Origin: an uncultured bacterium
GTDB lineage: Bacteria; Krumholzibacteriota; Krumholzibacteriia; JACNKJ01
Direction: 5' to 3'
NCBI GenBank assembly: GCA_963695095.1
Contig: CAVOFT010000001.1
Coordinates: 1,600,001-1,664,000 of the forward strand
Length of the DNA stretch: 64,000 bases
Shown here one piece after another: positions 10,365-20,230 of this stretch; position 1 is the first letter of the stretch; the number at the start of each line of letters is the position of its first letter. A model generated the notes under the pieces. The model was not told the DNA's origin. It saw only the letters and a list, made by a program, of their open reading frames with translations, and did not search any database. A program made the translations under genes and the position numbers.

Positions 10365-10417
10365 ACGGGAAAGGCCGCCGGCGCGCGGGCCGCGAACCCG
10401 CGCGCCGGAGCCAGGGC

Positions 10418-11596
10418 TTAGCCGCGCGGCGTGGCGGCGAGCTGTTCGAAGCGGGCGAGCTGCAGCTTGAGGTAGTCGCTGTCCGGGTTCAGCTGCAGGG
10501 CTTCGCGGATCAGGGTCAGCGCCTCCCCGCAGTCGCCGCGCGCATTGCAGAGCTCGGCCAGCGTGTCCAGGATGTTCGCCTTCTCGCCGCCCTCCGCCAG
10601 GGCCACGCCGCGGCGAGCGAAGGCTTCGCCCTCGGCCAGGGCGACCTCGTTCTCGAAGCACCACCAGGCGATCTCGTTGAGGGCGGCGGCCTCCTGCTCC
10701 CAGCCCGGGGCCATGCTCTTGCGCTTCCAGGCGAAGGCCTCGTCCTGGCGGCCGTCGATGAGCAGCGCGTGGTCGGCCATCAGGCGGGCATGCAGGCGCT
10801 GCTCCTCGGCGTCCGTTGCGCCGGCGAGCCGCGCCGCGCCCAGCTTGAGCCCTTCCAGGTAGGGGCTGCGGTCCTCCTTGCCCGCCGTGGCCTGCCCCAG
10901 CAAGGCCACGGTCTCCATCACCTGCTGGCCGCTGCTGCGCGGATCGCCGATGACCGCGCGGGCCGGCTCCAGGAGGGCCGCCTCGCCGAAGAGCCCCGCC
11001 CGCTGGCCGCGGGCGATGAGCTCGACCATGGCCGGCGCCAGGTGATCCGAGCTGCCCAGCTCCTGGGCGCGGCGATACCAGGCGAGGGCTTCGCCGAAGG
11101 CGCCGCCGACCTGCTCGAGCTCGGCGATCTTCACTGCCGCCGCCGCCGTCGGTGTCTTCCGGAAGTCCCGGCGGCGCTCGATGAGCGGTAGGGGCGCTGC
11201 CGTCGCGGCGCGCAGGGCCGTCAGGAAGGGCTCGGCGGCGCCATAGCCGAGCCAGCCATCGAGCAGGATACCGTCGGCATCGACGAGCAGGAAGGTCGGA
11301 TAGGCGTGGACGCCGTAGCGGCGAGCGAGGCCGATGCCCTCGCCCTTCTCGGCGTCGACAGGGAGCAGGATGGCCTGGGCGGCGATGTCCTGCCGGAAGG
11401 TCTCGCTGGCCTTCACCTCACGGGCGAAGGTCTGGCAGGAGCCTCACCAGGAGGTGCCGATCTCGAGCAGGATGGGCCGTCCGCTGGCGGCGGCCTGGGC
11501 GCCGGCGGCCGCCATGCTGTCGACGGTGTCGGCCACCGCGGCGCCGGCGGCGAAGGTGAAGGCGACGAGGAGGCTGGCGGCGAGCAGGGTTTTCAT
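10418..11596 (-). CDS. Exported thioredoxin-fold plus TPR protein; probable selenoprotein (UGA at 11444-11446, W-U-G-S-C)
   Basis: ORF 11444-11596 (signal peptide, GRPILLEIGTSW) and ORF 10418-11416 (YGVHAYPTFLLVD, TPR helices) are in the same frame and separated only by one TGA at the first Cys position of WCxxC; a SECIS-like hairpin follows. Confidence 0.85.
11410..11430 (-). promoter_or_regulatory. Bacterial SECIS-like hairpin
   Basis: mRNA: UGA-13 nt-CCUUCGCC-CGUGA-GGUGAAGG; 8-bp stem, loop starting 21 nt after UGA with G at loop position 2. Confidence 0.7.
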
Positions 11597-11742
11597 GCGC
11601 GGTCGTCTCCGATGAAGGTGGCCGCAAGGGGCGCCGACGGCAGCCTGCCACATCGGCGATCGCCCTGCGGGAGGGCCCTCACAGTGGCAGAGCTGGCAGG
11701 GGGGCGCAAGCGGATCGAGACGGGTCGAGCTGGGGCGGCGGG

Positions 11743-12087
11743 CTAGAGCGAGCTGGGCATGCTGTCGGCGACGGACTCCTCCTCGCCCAGTTCCTTCTCG
11801 AGCACGGTCAGCAGCACCTGGGCGCCGTTGCGCGACTTGTTGGGGTCCAGGTAGTCGCGGATGGCCGCCTCCAGGGCATTGATGCGGGAGTTGAGATCAT
11901 CGATGATGCTCTCCTGCAGGGAGAGGGCGCCCTGCAGGGAGGCGCACTCGCTGCGGAGCCGGCCGATGAGGCGCTCCTGCTGGTCGAGCCCGGTGAGCAG
12001 GGCGTCGATTTCTTCGCGGTGCGCGGCCAGGCTGAGCCGGCTCGCGGCGAGAAGCTGCTGCTTGGCCACGTCGAGCCGGTGGTTCAT
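11743..12087 (-). CDS. Hypothetical coiled-coil protein
   Basis: 114 aa with heptad pattern and GC-typical codon use; RBS AGGAG upstream. Confidence 0.65.
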   Translation of the reverse strand: MNHRLDVAKQQLLAASRLSLAAHREEIDALLTGLDQQERLIGRLRSECASLQGALSLQESIIDDLNSRINALEAAIRDYLDPNKSRNGAQVLLTVLEKELGEEESVADSMPSSL

Positions 12088-12635
12088 CTGGCGCTCCTGG
12101 CGGTTTCATCGCTCAGGCGGCCTGCACGGCCTTGCAGTCCGCATCCGCTGTCTCGGGCGATTTTCATGATGCCGTGCCCGACAGCCCTCCCCGAACTGCC
12201 CCGTCACTTCCCATGCCATCCCCGGCGAGCTTGCGAGGGCGCGCGCCTCCTGCGCGCAACGCGGACCTTGCAAGGCCCGCGCCCCCGCCGGAGAATGCCG
12301 CGACCCTCGTATTGGATCTTTCGCCATCCGAAAACCCTTTGACGCTCTCTTCGCCGTGATCGACACTCGCGAACAGCGCCTGCCCGGCGCCCCCCGGTCG
12401 CCCCGGCCTTCCCCTGCGGGCCGCACGGCTCATCATCGCGGCAGCGGCGACCCTGCGCTATCCGATGCGGTGGGGCGTCGTTCTTGCTAATCTGGGTTCC
12501 TGGTCCGGGAATTCTCGGGTCCTTGCCGCCACCGCCGGCCCGACTCGGTGGCTGGCCAACACGAAGGGGTTTCCCACGAGCGCTTCCGCCGGTCATGGCG
12601 CCGAACGCCTTTCCGAGCGCCGCTTCCGCCGGAGC

Positions 12636-13478
12636 ATGCGCCTCCTCGGCGCGGCTTCGACCGCCGCGCTGCTCTGGCTCTGCTGGCGCGGCGCCGGGTT
12701 CTACCTGACCGCGGATGCCGAGCGTCCCCTGCACGCGGACTACGAGCGCTGGCGGCCGGCTGGAGACATCGGCCACGGCCTGGGCATCCTCGGCTCCCTG
12801 ATGATGGTGATCCTGCTCGGCTACAGCCTGCGCAAGCGCTGGCGCCCCCTGCGCGCGGCGGGGCCCATCTCGCGCTGGCTCAGCGTGCACATCTACCTGG
12901 GCATTTTCGGCCCACTGCTCGTCGTGCTGCACAGCGCCTTCAAGGTGAACGGCCTCGTCTCGCTGAGCTTCTGGTCGATGGTGGCGGTGGCGGCCAGCGG
13001 CGTCCTGGGCCGCTATCTCTATCTCCAGATTCCGCGCAACCTGCAGGGCGACGCGCTGGACCTGGCGGCCCTCGAGACCGAGGACGCCGCGCTGAACGCG
13101 GCGCTGGCCGCCGACTTCGGCCTCGATGCGCAGACCCTGGCTGGACTGCAGCGTCTGGGGGGAACCGGGGAAGCTCGATCCCTGGGCGCGGCCTTGCTCG
13201 CCTCGCTCGCCAGCGACCTCACGCTGTCCCTGCGCCTGCGTCGCTTCCTCGCCCAGCGGACGGCCGGCTTTCGCCTACCCGCGGGCGAGCGGCGCCGGCT
13301 CCTGGCCCTGGCTCGCCGGCGGGCGCTCCTCGCGCGACGGCGCTTGCTGCTCGAGCGCCTGGAGCGGATCTTCCACTACTGGCATGTGATCCACAAACCT
13401 TTCGCCGTCGTGATGCTCGCCATCATGGTCGTGCACGTGGGAGTGACCGTCCTGTTGGGCTACCGATGGATCTTCTAA
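12636..13478 (+). CDS. Inner-membrane protein with conserved His, putative heme b quinol-interacting subunit (start uncertain)
   Basis: TM helices with GDIGHGLGILG, WLSVHIYLG, VVLHSAF, YWHVIHKPF, VVHVGV; TAATG overlap with the cytochrome gene. Confidence 0.75.
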   Translation: MRLLGAASTAALLWLCWRGAGFYLTADAERPLHADYERWRPAGDIGHGLGILGSLMMVILLGYSLRKRWRPLRAAGPISRWLSVHIYLGIFGPLLVVLHSAFKVNGLVSLSFWSMVAVAASGVLGRYLYLQIPRNLQGDALDLAALETEDAALNAALAADFGLDAQTLAGLQRLGGTGEARSLGAALLASLASDLTLSLRLRRFLAQRTAGFRLPAGERRRLLALARRRALLARRRLLLERLERIFHYWHVIHKPFAVVMLAIMVVHVGVTVLLGYRWIF

Positions 13479-15157
13479 TGCGGGGCGCGCTGCGCTGCGC
13501 TCTGCTCTGCCTCGCCTGCGCCTGGGCGACGCCGGCCCCTGCCCAGCTCTCGCCGGGGCCGCTGTCCACGCCCCACGCCGAGCTCGAGGGCCTCAAGCGC
13601 TGCACGAGCTGCCACGAGATCGGCGAGGGCGTGCGCGCGGACAAGTGCTTCGCCTGTCATCGCCAGCTCGGCGCGCGGATCGCCGCGGGCCAGGGCCTGC
13701 ACGCCGGTGCCGACTACGCGAACTGCATCGGCTGTCACTCCGAGCACCACGGGCGCGACTATCCCCTCATCCGCTGGCCCGGCGGCGAAGCCAACTTCGA
13801 CCACGGGGCCGCCGGCTACACGCTCGTCGGCGCCCATGCCCGCCTCGGCTGCCGCGACTGCCACCGCGAGGCGTTCGTCGCCGGCGCTGCCGCGCTGAGG
13901 GCCGAAGGCAGCGATCCCGCGCGCAGCTTTCTCGGACTCGGCAAGACCTGCCTGGACTGCCACCAGGATCCGCATCGCGGCGAGCTGGGCGCGCGCTGCC
14001 TCGCCTGCCACGGCGAGGAGGCCTGGCGGCCCGCCGCCGGCTTCGACCACGCGAGCACGCGCTATCCCCTGCGCGGCAAGCACGCAGATGTGGCTTGCGA
14101 GAAGTGCCATCCGCGCAGCGGCGGCGCCGCGACGGGGGACCTGCACATCGCCTTCAAGGGCGTCGCCTTTGCCGATTGCCGGGACTGCCACCAGGATCCG
14201 CACGCCGGCCGCTTCAAGGAAGCCTGCGCGAGCTGTCACAGCGAGAGCGGCTGGCGGCAGGGCGCGAGCGCGCGCTTCGATCACGAGCGCACGCGCTATC
14301 CTCTGCGCGGCCGGCACGCCGCGCTGGACTGCGGGGCCTGCCACAAGCCGGGCGTCCCGCACGCGCCCCTGGCCCACGCGCGCTGTCTGGACTGTCACGC
14401 GGACAAGCATGAAGGGCAGTTCAAGCTGGCCGGCGCGCTCAGGGATTGCAGCGATTGTCACGACGCCGGCATCAAGGGCTTCGCGCCTGCGAAGTTCGGT
14501 CCGGCGCAGCACGCCGCGAGTCGCTACCCCCTGGCCGGAGCGCACCTGGCCGTGGCCTGCCGCGACTGCCATGCACCCACGGCCGCCTTCGCCGCCGGGC
14601 GCTTCCGCTACGCCGACACCAGCTGCAGCAGCTGCCACGCGGATCCGCACGGCAAGGCGCTCGCGCTCGCGGGTGAGGCCCGCCGCTGCGAGGCCTGCCA
14701 CCAGGTGGCGAGCTGGCGCGCTGTGGCCTGGGATCATGCGCAGACGGCCTTCCCCCTGGCCGAGCGCCACGCCGAGATCGCCTGCCGCGCTTGTCACGAG
14801 CCGATCGCCGGCCAGCCCGCCGGGACGCTGCGTTTCGCCGGCCTGGGCAAGGACTGCGCGACCTGCCATGCCGACGTCCACCGGGGGCAGTTCGTGCTGG
14901 CCGGCGAGCAGGCGACGCGCTGCGAGCGCTGCCACGACAGCCGCGATTGGTTCGCCGCTCGCTTCGAGCACAACCGCGATGCGCGCTTTGCCCTGGACGG
15001 CGCCCACGCGCCCCTGGCTTGCACCGCCTGCCACCAACCCCTCGCAGCTGCAGCGGGCCAGCCGGTCACGCTGCGCTACAAGCCGCTGCCGACGGACTGC
15101 AAGTCCTGTCATCCGGACCTCGTCCCGGCAGCGTCCACGCAAGGAGATCGGCCATGA
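13478..15157 (+). CDS. Multiheme cytochrome c, 20 CxxCH motifs
   Basis: Signal peptide ending APA-QLSPGPLS; 20 CxxCH counted by eye. Confidence 0.92.
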   Translation: MRGALRCALLCLACAWATPAPAQLSPGPLSTPHAELEGLKRCTSCHEIGEGVRADKCFACHRQLGARIAAGQGLHAGADYANCIGCHSEHHGRDYPLIRWPGGEANFDHGAAGYTLVGAHARLGCRDCHREAFVAGAAALRAEGSDPARSFLGLGKTCLDCHQDPHRGELGARCLACHGEEAWRPAAGFDHASTRYPLRGKHADVACEKCHPRSGGAATGDLHIAFKGVAFADCRDCHQDPHAGRFKEACASCHSESGWRQGASARFDHERTRYPLRGRHAALDCGACHKPGVPHAPLAHARCLDCHADKHEGQFKLAGALRDCSDCHDAGIKGFAPAKFGPAQHAASRYPLAGAHLAVACRDCHAPTAAFAAGRFRYADTSCSSCHADPHGKALALAGEARRCEACHQVASWRAVAWDHAQTAFPLAERHAEIACRACHEPIAGQPAGTLRFAGLGKDCATCHADVHRGQFVLAGEQATRCERCHDSRDWFAARFEHNRDARFALDGAHAPLACTACHQPLAAAAGQPVTLRYKPLPTDCKSCHPDLVPAASTQGDRP

Positions 15158-16440
15158 TCGCCGGGACCGCTCGACTTCGCCGCGCTCTGCCCTGGCTGCT
15201 GCTGCCGCTGCCCTTCCTGATCCTGCTCGGGGCCGGCGATGATCAAGCTGGACAGAGCCCGCAGAGCCCGCAGAGCCCGCACGGACCGCTTGCCATCGAC
15301 TGCGCGCACTGCCATGCCACGGATAGCTGGCGCTTCGCCGCCGGCCGGGGCTTCGCGCACGACAGCACGGGCTATGTCCTCGAGGGCGCGCACGCCCAGG
15401 CCGATTGCGTCGGCTGTCACGGCGACCTGCGCTTCGGCCGCGTCGCCTCGGCCTGCGCGGATTGCCACCTCGACGTGCACGCCGGCGAGCTGGGCTTCGA
15501 CTGCGCCGGCTGTCACTCTCCGCACGATTGGCAGCCGACGGGCGGGACCCTGGCCCTGCACGCCGCGCGCGGCTTTCCCCTGCTCGGTGTCCACGCGCGG
15601 GTGGATTGCGAATCCTGCCACGTCGGCGCCAAGGGCGAGGAGTTCGCGGGCACGCCGAGCGACTGCTTCGCCTGCCACGCCGACGACTACGCGGCGACCT
15701 CGGCGCCCGACCACGGGGCGGCGGGCATGTCCACGGACTGCCTGAGCTGCCACTCCTCGGTGGCGCCTGGCTGGGGCGACAGCAACTTCGATCACGATGC
15801 CTACTTCCCGCTGAGCGGCGCCCACGCTCGCCTGGACTGCCTGGCCTGTCACCAGGGCGGCTTCGGCGGCCAGCCGACCAGCTGCATCGGCTGCCACCAG
15901 GCCGACTACGACGGCGCGGACGATCCCGATCACCGGGCCGCCAACTTCGACACGGCCTGCCTCGTCTGTCACAGCACGCAGGCCTGGTCGCCGGCCACCT
16001 TCAATCACGCGGCGACGGCCTTTCCGCTCACGGGCGCGCACACGAGCGCGAGCTGCCTGAGCTGCCATGCCTCCGGCTACGCCGGCACGCCGACGGACTG
16101 CTACGCCTGCCACCAGGGGGACTTCGAAAGCGCCGACGATCCGGATCACGCGGCCGCCGGCTTCAACACGCAGTGCGCAGTCTGCCACTCCACGGCGAAC
16201 TGGTCGCCCTCCACCTGGGACCACGATCAGCTCTTCCCGATCTACTCGGGCCGCCATCGGGGCGAGTGGAACAGCTGCGCGGACTGCCACGTGCAGTCCA
16301 CGAACTACGCCGAGTTCGAGTGCATCCTCTGCCACGAGCACAGCCAGAACGAAACCGACGGCCATCACGACAACGTGGACGACTACGTCTACGAGAGCGC
16401 GGCCTGCTTCGACTGCCACCCGCGCGGCGAGGCCGATTGA
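15154..16440 (+). CDS. Multiheme cytochrome c, 16 CxxCH motifs
   Basis: N-terminal hydrophobic signal; 16 CxxCH counted by eye; acidic C-terminal half. Confidence 0.92.
   Translation: MIAGTARLRRALPWLLLPLPFLILLGAGDDQAGQSPQSPQSPHGPLAIDCAHCHATDSWRFAAGRGFAHDSTGYVLEGAHAQADCVGCHGDLRFGRVASACADCHLDVHAGELGFDCAGCHSPHDWQPTGGTLALHAARGFPLLGVHARVDCESCHVGAKGEEFAGTPSDCFACHADDYAATSAPDHGAAGMSTDCLSCHSSVAPGWGDSNFDHDAYFPLSGAHARLDCLACHQGGFGGQPTSCIGCHQADYDGADDPDHRAANFDTACLVCHSTQAWSPATFNHAATAFPLTGAHTSASCLSCHASGYAGTPTDCYACHQGDFESADDPDHAAAGFNTQCAVCHSTANWSPSTWDHDQLFPIYSGRHRGEWNSCADCHVQSTNYAEFECILCHEHSQNETDGHHDNVDDYVYESAACFDCHPRGEAD
15253..15279 (+). repeat. In-frame 9-bp tandem repeat (CAGAGCCCG x3, encodes QSP)
   Basis: Direct reading of the sequence. 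Confidence 0.85.
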
Positions 16441-17993
16441 TGCACAGGTTCATTCCGGCCCTCGCATTCCTGCTCGCCGCGAGCGCCGCCGCGGCCTCGC
16501 CGGAGGCGCGCATCCGCTACCTCTCGGCCGAGCAGGTCTATCTGGATGCGGGCCTCGCCGCCGGCTTCGCCGAGGGGGATACCCTGGGCGTGCTGCGCGA
16601 AGGCAGGACCGTGGCCAGCTTGCTCGTCCTCCATGCCGCCGAGCACTCGGCAGCCTGCCGCATCCTGGCCAGCCGGGTGGCGCTCGCCGCCGGCGACCGC
16701 GTGCGCGGAGTGCAGCGCAGCGCGCCGCCGGCCGTCGCCGTGCCTCCGGCAGCGCCGCGGCGGAGCCGGGACCCCGCGGCGCCCGCGCCCGGTAGCCCGG
16801 CGTCCCGCGCCTCCAGCGGCCGCTTCAGCGGCAGCCTGCGCTTCGCCTGGGACGCCTACCGGGACGACGCCGCCGCCGCGCGCGACTACGACCGGCTCAG
16901 CGCGACACTCGGCCTGCGCGGTGAGCAGCTGGCCGGCCGCGACCTGCGTCTCGATCTGCGCCTGCGCCAGCGCACGGTGAAGCGCACAGGCGCAGCCGAC
17001 GAGCAGCGCCTGCGCCTCTACGCCGCGGCGATCGAGTACGGCGCAAGCAGGGGCCGCTGGCACCTGGCCGCGGGCCGCCTCGGTGGGGGCCGGCAATCGG
17101 GAGCCGGCGCTCTGGACGGCCTCCTCGTCGGCCGCCGTCTGGGCGATGCCGAACTCGGCGGCTACTTCGGCGCCATGCCCGACTGGAATGAGGAGGGCCT
17201 GCGCGATCGGGGCACGCGCGGGGGTCTCTACCTGCGCCAGCGCCTGGCATCCGCGCAGTGGTCCCTCGAAGCGGTGGGCGAGCGCCTCGCCGGCGAGAGC
17301 AGCCGCGACTACCTCCTGGCGGGCAGTTCCTGGCAGCGCGGCGCCCTCAGCCTGCGCGAACGCCTCGAACTGGATTGGAACCGCGGTTGGCGGGGGGACC
17401 GGGCGGCGGACGCCCTTCAGGTCAGCGCGCTGAATGTCGGCGCCGACTGGCGGCCGCACGCGGACTTCGGCCTCGGCCTGCGTGTGGACAGCCGCGCCAC
17501 GCCCCTGGACGGCGAGCAGCGCACGCTCCCCGATAGCCTCTTCCAGGAAGCGCGCTCGCAGGGCAGCAGCCTGAGCCTCTCCTGGCGTCCCCTGCCCGGC
17601 GCGCGCCTGGGCGCGCGCGCCGGTTGGCGCAGCCGCGCCGGGTCTGCGCGCGGGACGGCCTCATGGGGTCTGGACCTGGGCATCGACGCGCCGGCCCTGC
17701 CTCACCTGCACCTGGATCTCCGCCTGAGCGGCTTCGACGGCGAAGCGGCCCGAGGCCTCTCCCCGAGCGCGGACCTGCGCCGGCGCTTCCGCGCGGGCCA
17801 CGAGCTGGGACTGGCCGCGGGCGCCTACCTCTACACGCCGCGCGACCTCGAGGCTCGCCACAATCGCTGGCTGCGCGCCGAGGGTCGCCTGGCGCTAGCC
17901 GGCCGCGCCTGGCTGGGGCTCTCCATCGAAACGGATGGCGGCGACGATCTCAGCGGCCGGCGCTTCGGCGCCGAACTGGGACGGCGCTTCTAG
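16440..17993 (+). CDS. Outer-membrane beta-barrel protein (putative porin of a porin-cytochrome complex)
   Basis: Signal peptide, small N-terminal beta domain, Pro-rich linker, many amphipathic strands, terminal FGAELGRRF. Confidence 0.75.
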   Translation: MHRFIPALAFLLAASAAAASPEARIRYLSAEQVYLDAGLAAGFAEGDTLGVLREGRTVASLLVLHAAEHSAACRILASRVALAAGDRVRGVQRSAPPAVAVPPAAPRRSRDPAAPAPGSPASRASSGRFSGSLRFAWDAYRDDAAAARDYDRLSATLGLRGEQLAGRDLRLDLRLRQRTVKRTGAADEQRLRLYAAAIEYGASRGRWHLAAGRLGGGRQSGAGALDGLLVGRRLGDAELGGYFGAMPDWNEEGLRDRGTRGGLYLRQRLASAQWSLEAVGERLAGESSRDYLLAGSSWQRGALSLRERLELDWNRGWRGDRAADALQVSALNVGADWRPHADFGLGLRVDSRATPLDGEQRTLPDSLFQEARSQGSSLSLSWRPLPGARLGARAGWRSRAGSARGTASWGLDLGIDAPALPHLHLDLRLSGFDGEAARGLSPSADLRRRFRAGHELGLAAGAYLYTPRDLEARHNRWLRAEGRLALAGRAWLGLSIETDGGDDLSGRRFGAELGRRF

Positions 17994-17994
17994 C

Positions 17995-19285
17995 ATGGAG
18001 ACCCTTGCCATCTGGGGCGGCGCCCTCTTGCTCGTGCTGGCCGTCGTGCTGCCCTACGCGCGCAGCTTCCGCCGCCGCGAGCGCGAGACGGCCGCCCGGC
18101 GCGCGGAAGCGGTAGCGCTGGGGGCCGATCGCGCCATCGCCCAGCACCCCCAGGTCGACGCGCTGCGCTGCATCGGCTGCGGCGCCTGTGTCGCCGCCTG
18201 TCCCGAGGGGGAGGTGCTGGGTCTGGTGGCGGGCAAGGCCGTCATCATCAACGGGCTCAAGTGCGTGGGCCACGGCCTCTGCGCGGTGGCCTGTCCGGTC
18301 GAGGGTATCAGCGTCGGGCTGGGCGACCTCGGCGCGCGCGACGACATCCCCCAGCACGATGCGCATCTGGAGACGAACCTGCCGGGGGTCTACGTGGCCG
18401 GCGAGTTGAGCGGCTATGCGCTGATCCGCAACGCGGTGGCCCAGGGCGTCCAGGCCGTCGAGCACATGGCGAGCCAGCCGCGGGCGGCGGCGGATCGCCT
18501 CGACCTGCTCATCGTGGGCGCCGGGCCGGCGGGCCTGGCCGCGGCCCTCGCCGCCAAGGAGGCGGGCCTGCGCAGCCTGGTGCTGGAGCGCGAGGCCGCG
18601 GGCGGGACAATCTTGCAGTACCCGCGCAAGAAGCTCGTGCTGACCCAGCCGGTGGCGATCCCCCTCTACGGCGTTCTCGACCGCGAGGAGTACACCAAGG
18701 AGGAGCTGCTGGAGATCTGGCGCGGCATCGTCGAGCGCTTCGCGCTTGCCCATCGAGATCGGCGCCAGCGTGGACGGCATGCAGGCGCTCGCCGGGGGCG
18801 GTTATCGCCTCACGGCCGCCGGGCGGCACTGGGATGCTCAGCGCGTGCTGCTCGCCCTGGGCCGCCGCGGCACGCCGCGCAAGCTGGGCGTGCCCGGCGA
18901 GGACAGCGAGAAGGTCTTCTACAAGCTGCTCGATGCCGCCTCCTTCGCCGGCGAGCGCGTGCTCGTCGTGGGCGGTGGCGACAGCGCCGTCGAGGCGGCA
19001 ATGGGCCTGGCCCTGCAGGAGCACACGGCCGTCACCCTCGCCTACCGCAAGGAGAAGCTGTTCCGCATCAAGCGGCGCAACGAAGAGCGCTTCGCGCCGC
19101 TCCTGCGGGAGGGCCGCCTGCGCGCGGCCTTCAATGCGGATGTGCTCGCCATCGAGCCTGAGGCCGTACGCTTGCGCGTCGCGGGCAGGGAGGAGACGCT
19201 CGCCAACGATCGCGTCTTCGTTCTCGCGGGCGGCGAGCCGCCCTTCCCCCTGCTCAAGGCGATGGGCTTGCGCTTCGGCCGCTAG
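17995..19285 (+). CDS. Membrane-anchored 4Fe-4S dicluster plus FAD/NAD(P)H oxidoreductase, TrxR-like fold (frameshift at ~18745, probably an assembly error)
   Basis: N-terminal TM, CIGCGACVAACP, CVGHGLCAVACP, IVGAGPAG; continues in the +1 frame with ALGRRGTPRKLGVPGE and VVGGGDSA. Confidence 0.8.
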
Positions 19286-19311
19286 CGCCGGCGGCGCCAG
19301 CCGTGGCGGCC

Positions 19312-20148
19312 TCAGTCCCGCGCGCGCGGCGTGCCGGGCGCGCGCACCCAGTCCACCCAGGAGCCATCGTAGAGCGCGACGTCGTCCTGGCCCAGGCGCG
19401 CGAAGGCGAAGGCCAGCACGCAGGCCGTGACGCCCGAGCCGCAGCTCACGGCCAGGGAGCGCTGCAGATTGAGACCCGCGGCGGCGACGCGCGCGCGCAG
19501 GCCCTCGTCGGCGAGCAAGCGGCCGTCTGCGTCGAGCAGCTCCGCATAAGGGAGGTTCCGGCTGTCCGGGATGCGCCCCGGCTCGCCCCAGGGCTCGGGG
19601 CCGAGGCCGGCGAAGCGCTCGCGGCTGCGGGCGTCCACGAGCAGGCGCTCGCGGCGCTCGAGGTTGGCGAGCACCGCCTCGCGATCCCAGACGGCGAAGC
19701 GCCCTGCCCGCGCTGCGCGCACTTGCGGTGCGGGGCGCTCTTCGCCGGTCGCCAGGGGCAGGCCCGCCCTCTGCCAGGCGGGCAGGCCGCCGTCCAGGAC
19801 GGCGACGCGGGCCTGGCCGAAGTGGCGGAAGGTCCACCAGGCGCGGCAGGCGGCCGAAGCCACCCCCGTCTGATCATAGACGACGACGCGATCGGCCTCG
19901 GCGATGCCGAGGGCGCCGGCCGCGGCGGCGAAGGTGGCCGCATCGGGCAGCATGTGGGGCAGCGCAGCCGGCGGGCCGGCCACGCTGTCGATGTCGAAGA
20001 AGACGGCGCCGGGCAGGCGCGCCTCGCGGTAGCGGGCGCGGGCATCCAGGCCGGAGGCCGGAGCGTGCCAGCTGGCGTCGACGAGGCGCAGACCCGGCGC
20101 GCCGAGCAGAGCGGCCAGATCGGTGGGAGCGATGAGTTCGGCGTCCAT
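19312..20148 (-). CDS. sseA: Two-domain sulfurtransferase (3-mercaptopyruvate sulfurtransferase/rhodanese)
   Basis: LPGAVFFDID, LPHMLP, CGSGVTAC active site, LYDGSW. Confidence 0.9.
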   Translation of the reverse strand: MDAELIAPTDLAALLGAPGLRLVDASWHAPASGLDARARYREARLPGAVFFDIDSVAGPPAALPHMLPDAATFAAAAGALGIAEADRVVVYDQTGVASAACRAWWTFRHFGQARVAVLDGGLPAWQRAGLPLATGEERPAPQVRAARAGRFAVWDREAVLANLERRERLLVDARSRERFAGLGPEPWGEPGRIPDSRNLPYAELLDADGRLLADEGLRARVAAAGLNLQRSLAVSCGSGVTACVLAFAFARLGQDDVALYDGSWVDWVRAPGTPRARD

Positions 20149-20230
20149 GGCAGCGAGAGATGGCAGAGCGACAGTTCGCGGTCAAGCCGAGAGGCAGCTG
20201 TTAAGCGTCTATTAAGAGGGGAAATTCCGC

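Noticed and set aside
15253..15279. 9-bp tandem repeat as a CRISPR or contingency locus
   Set aside because: Only three in-frame copies with no spacers; a linker after the signal peptide.
18740..18752. Split flavoprotein gene
   Set aside because: One extra base explains it and removal restores a full protein; no phase-variable tract.
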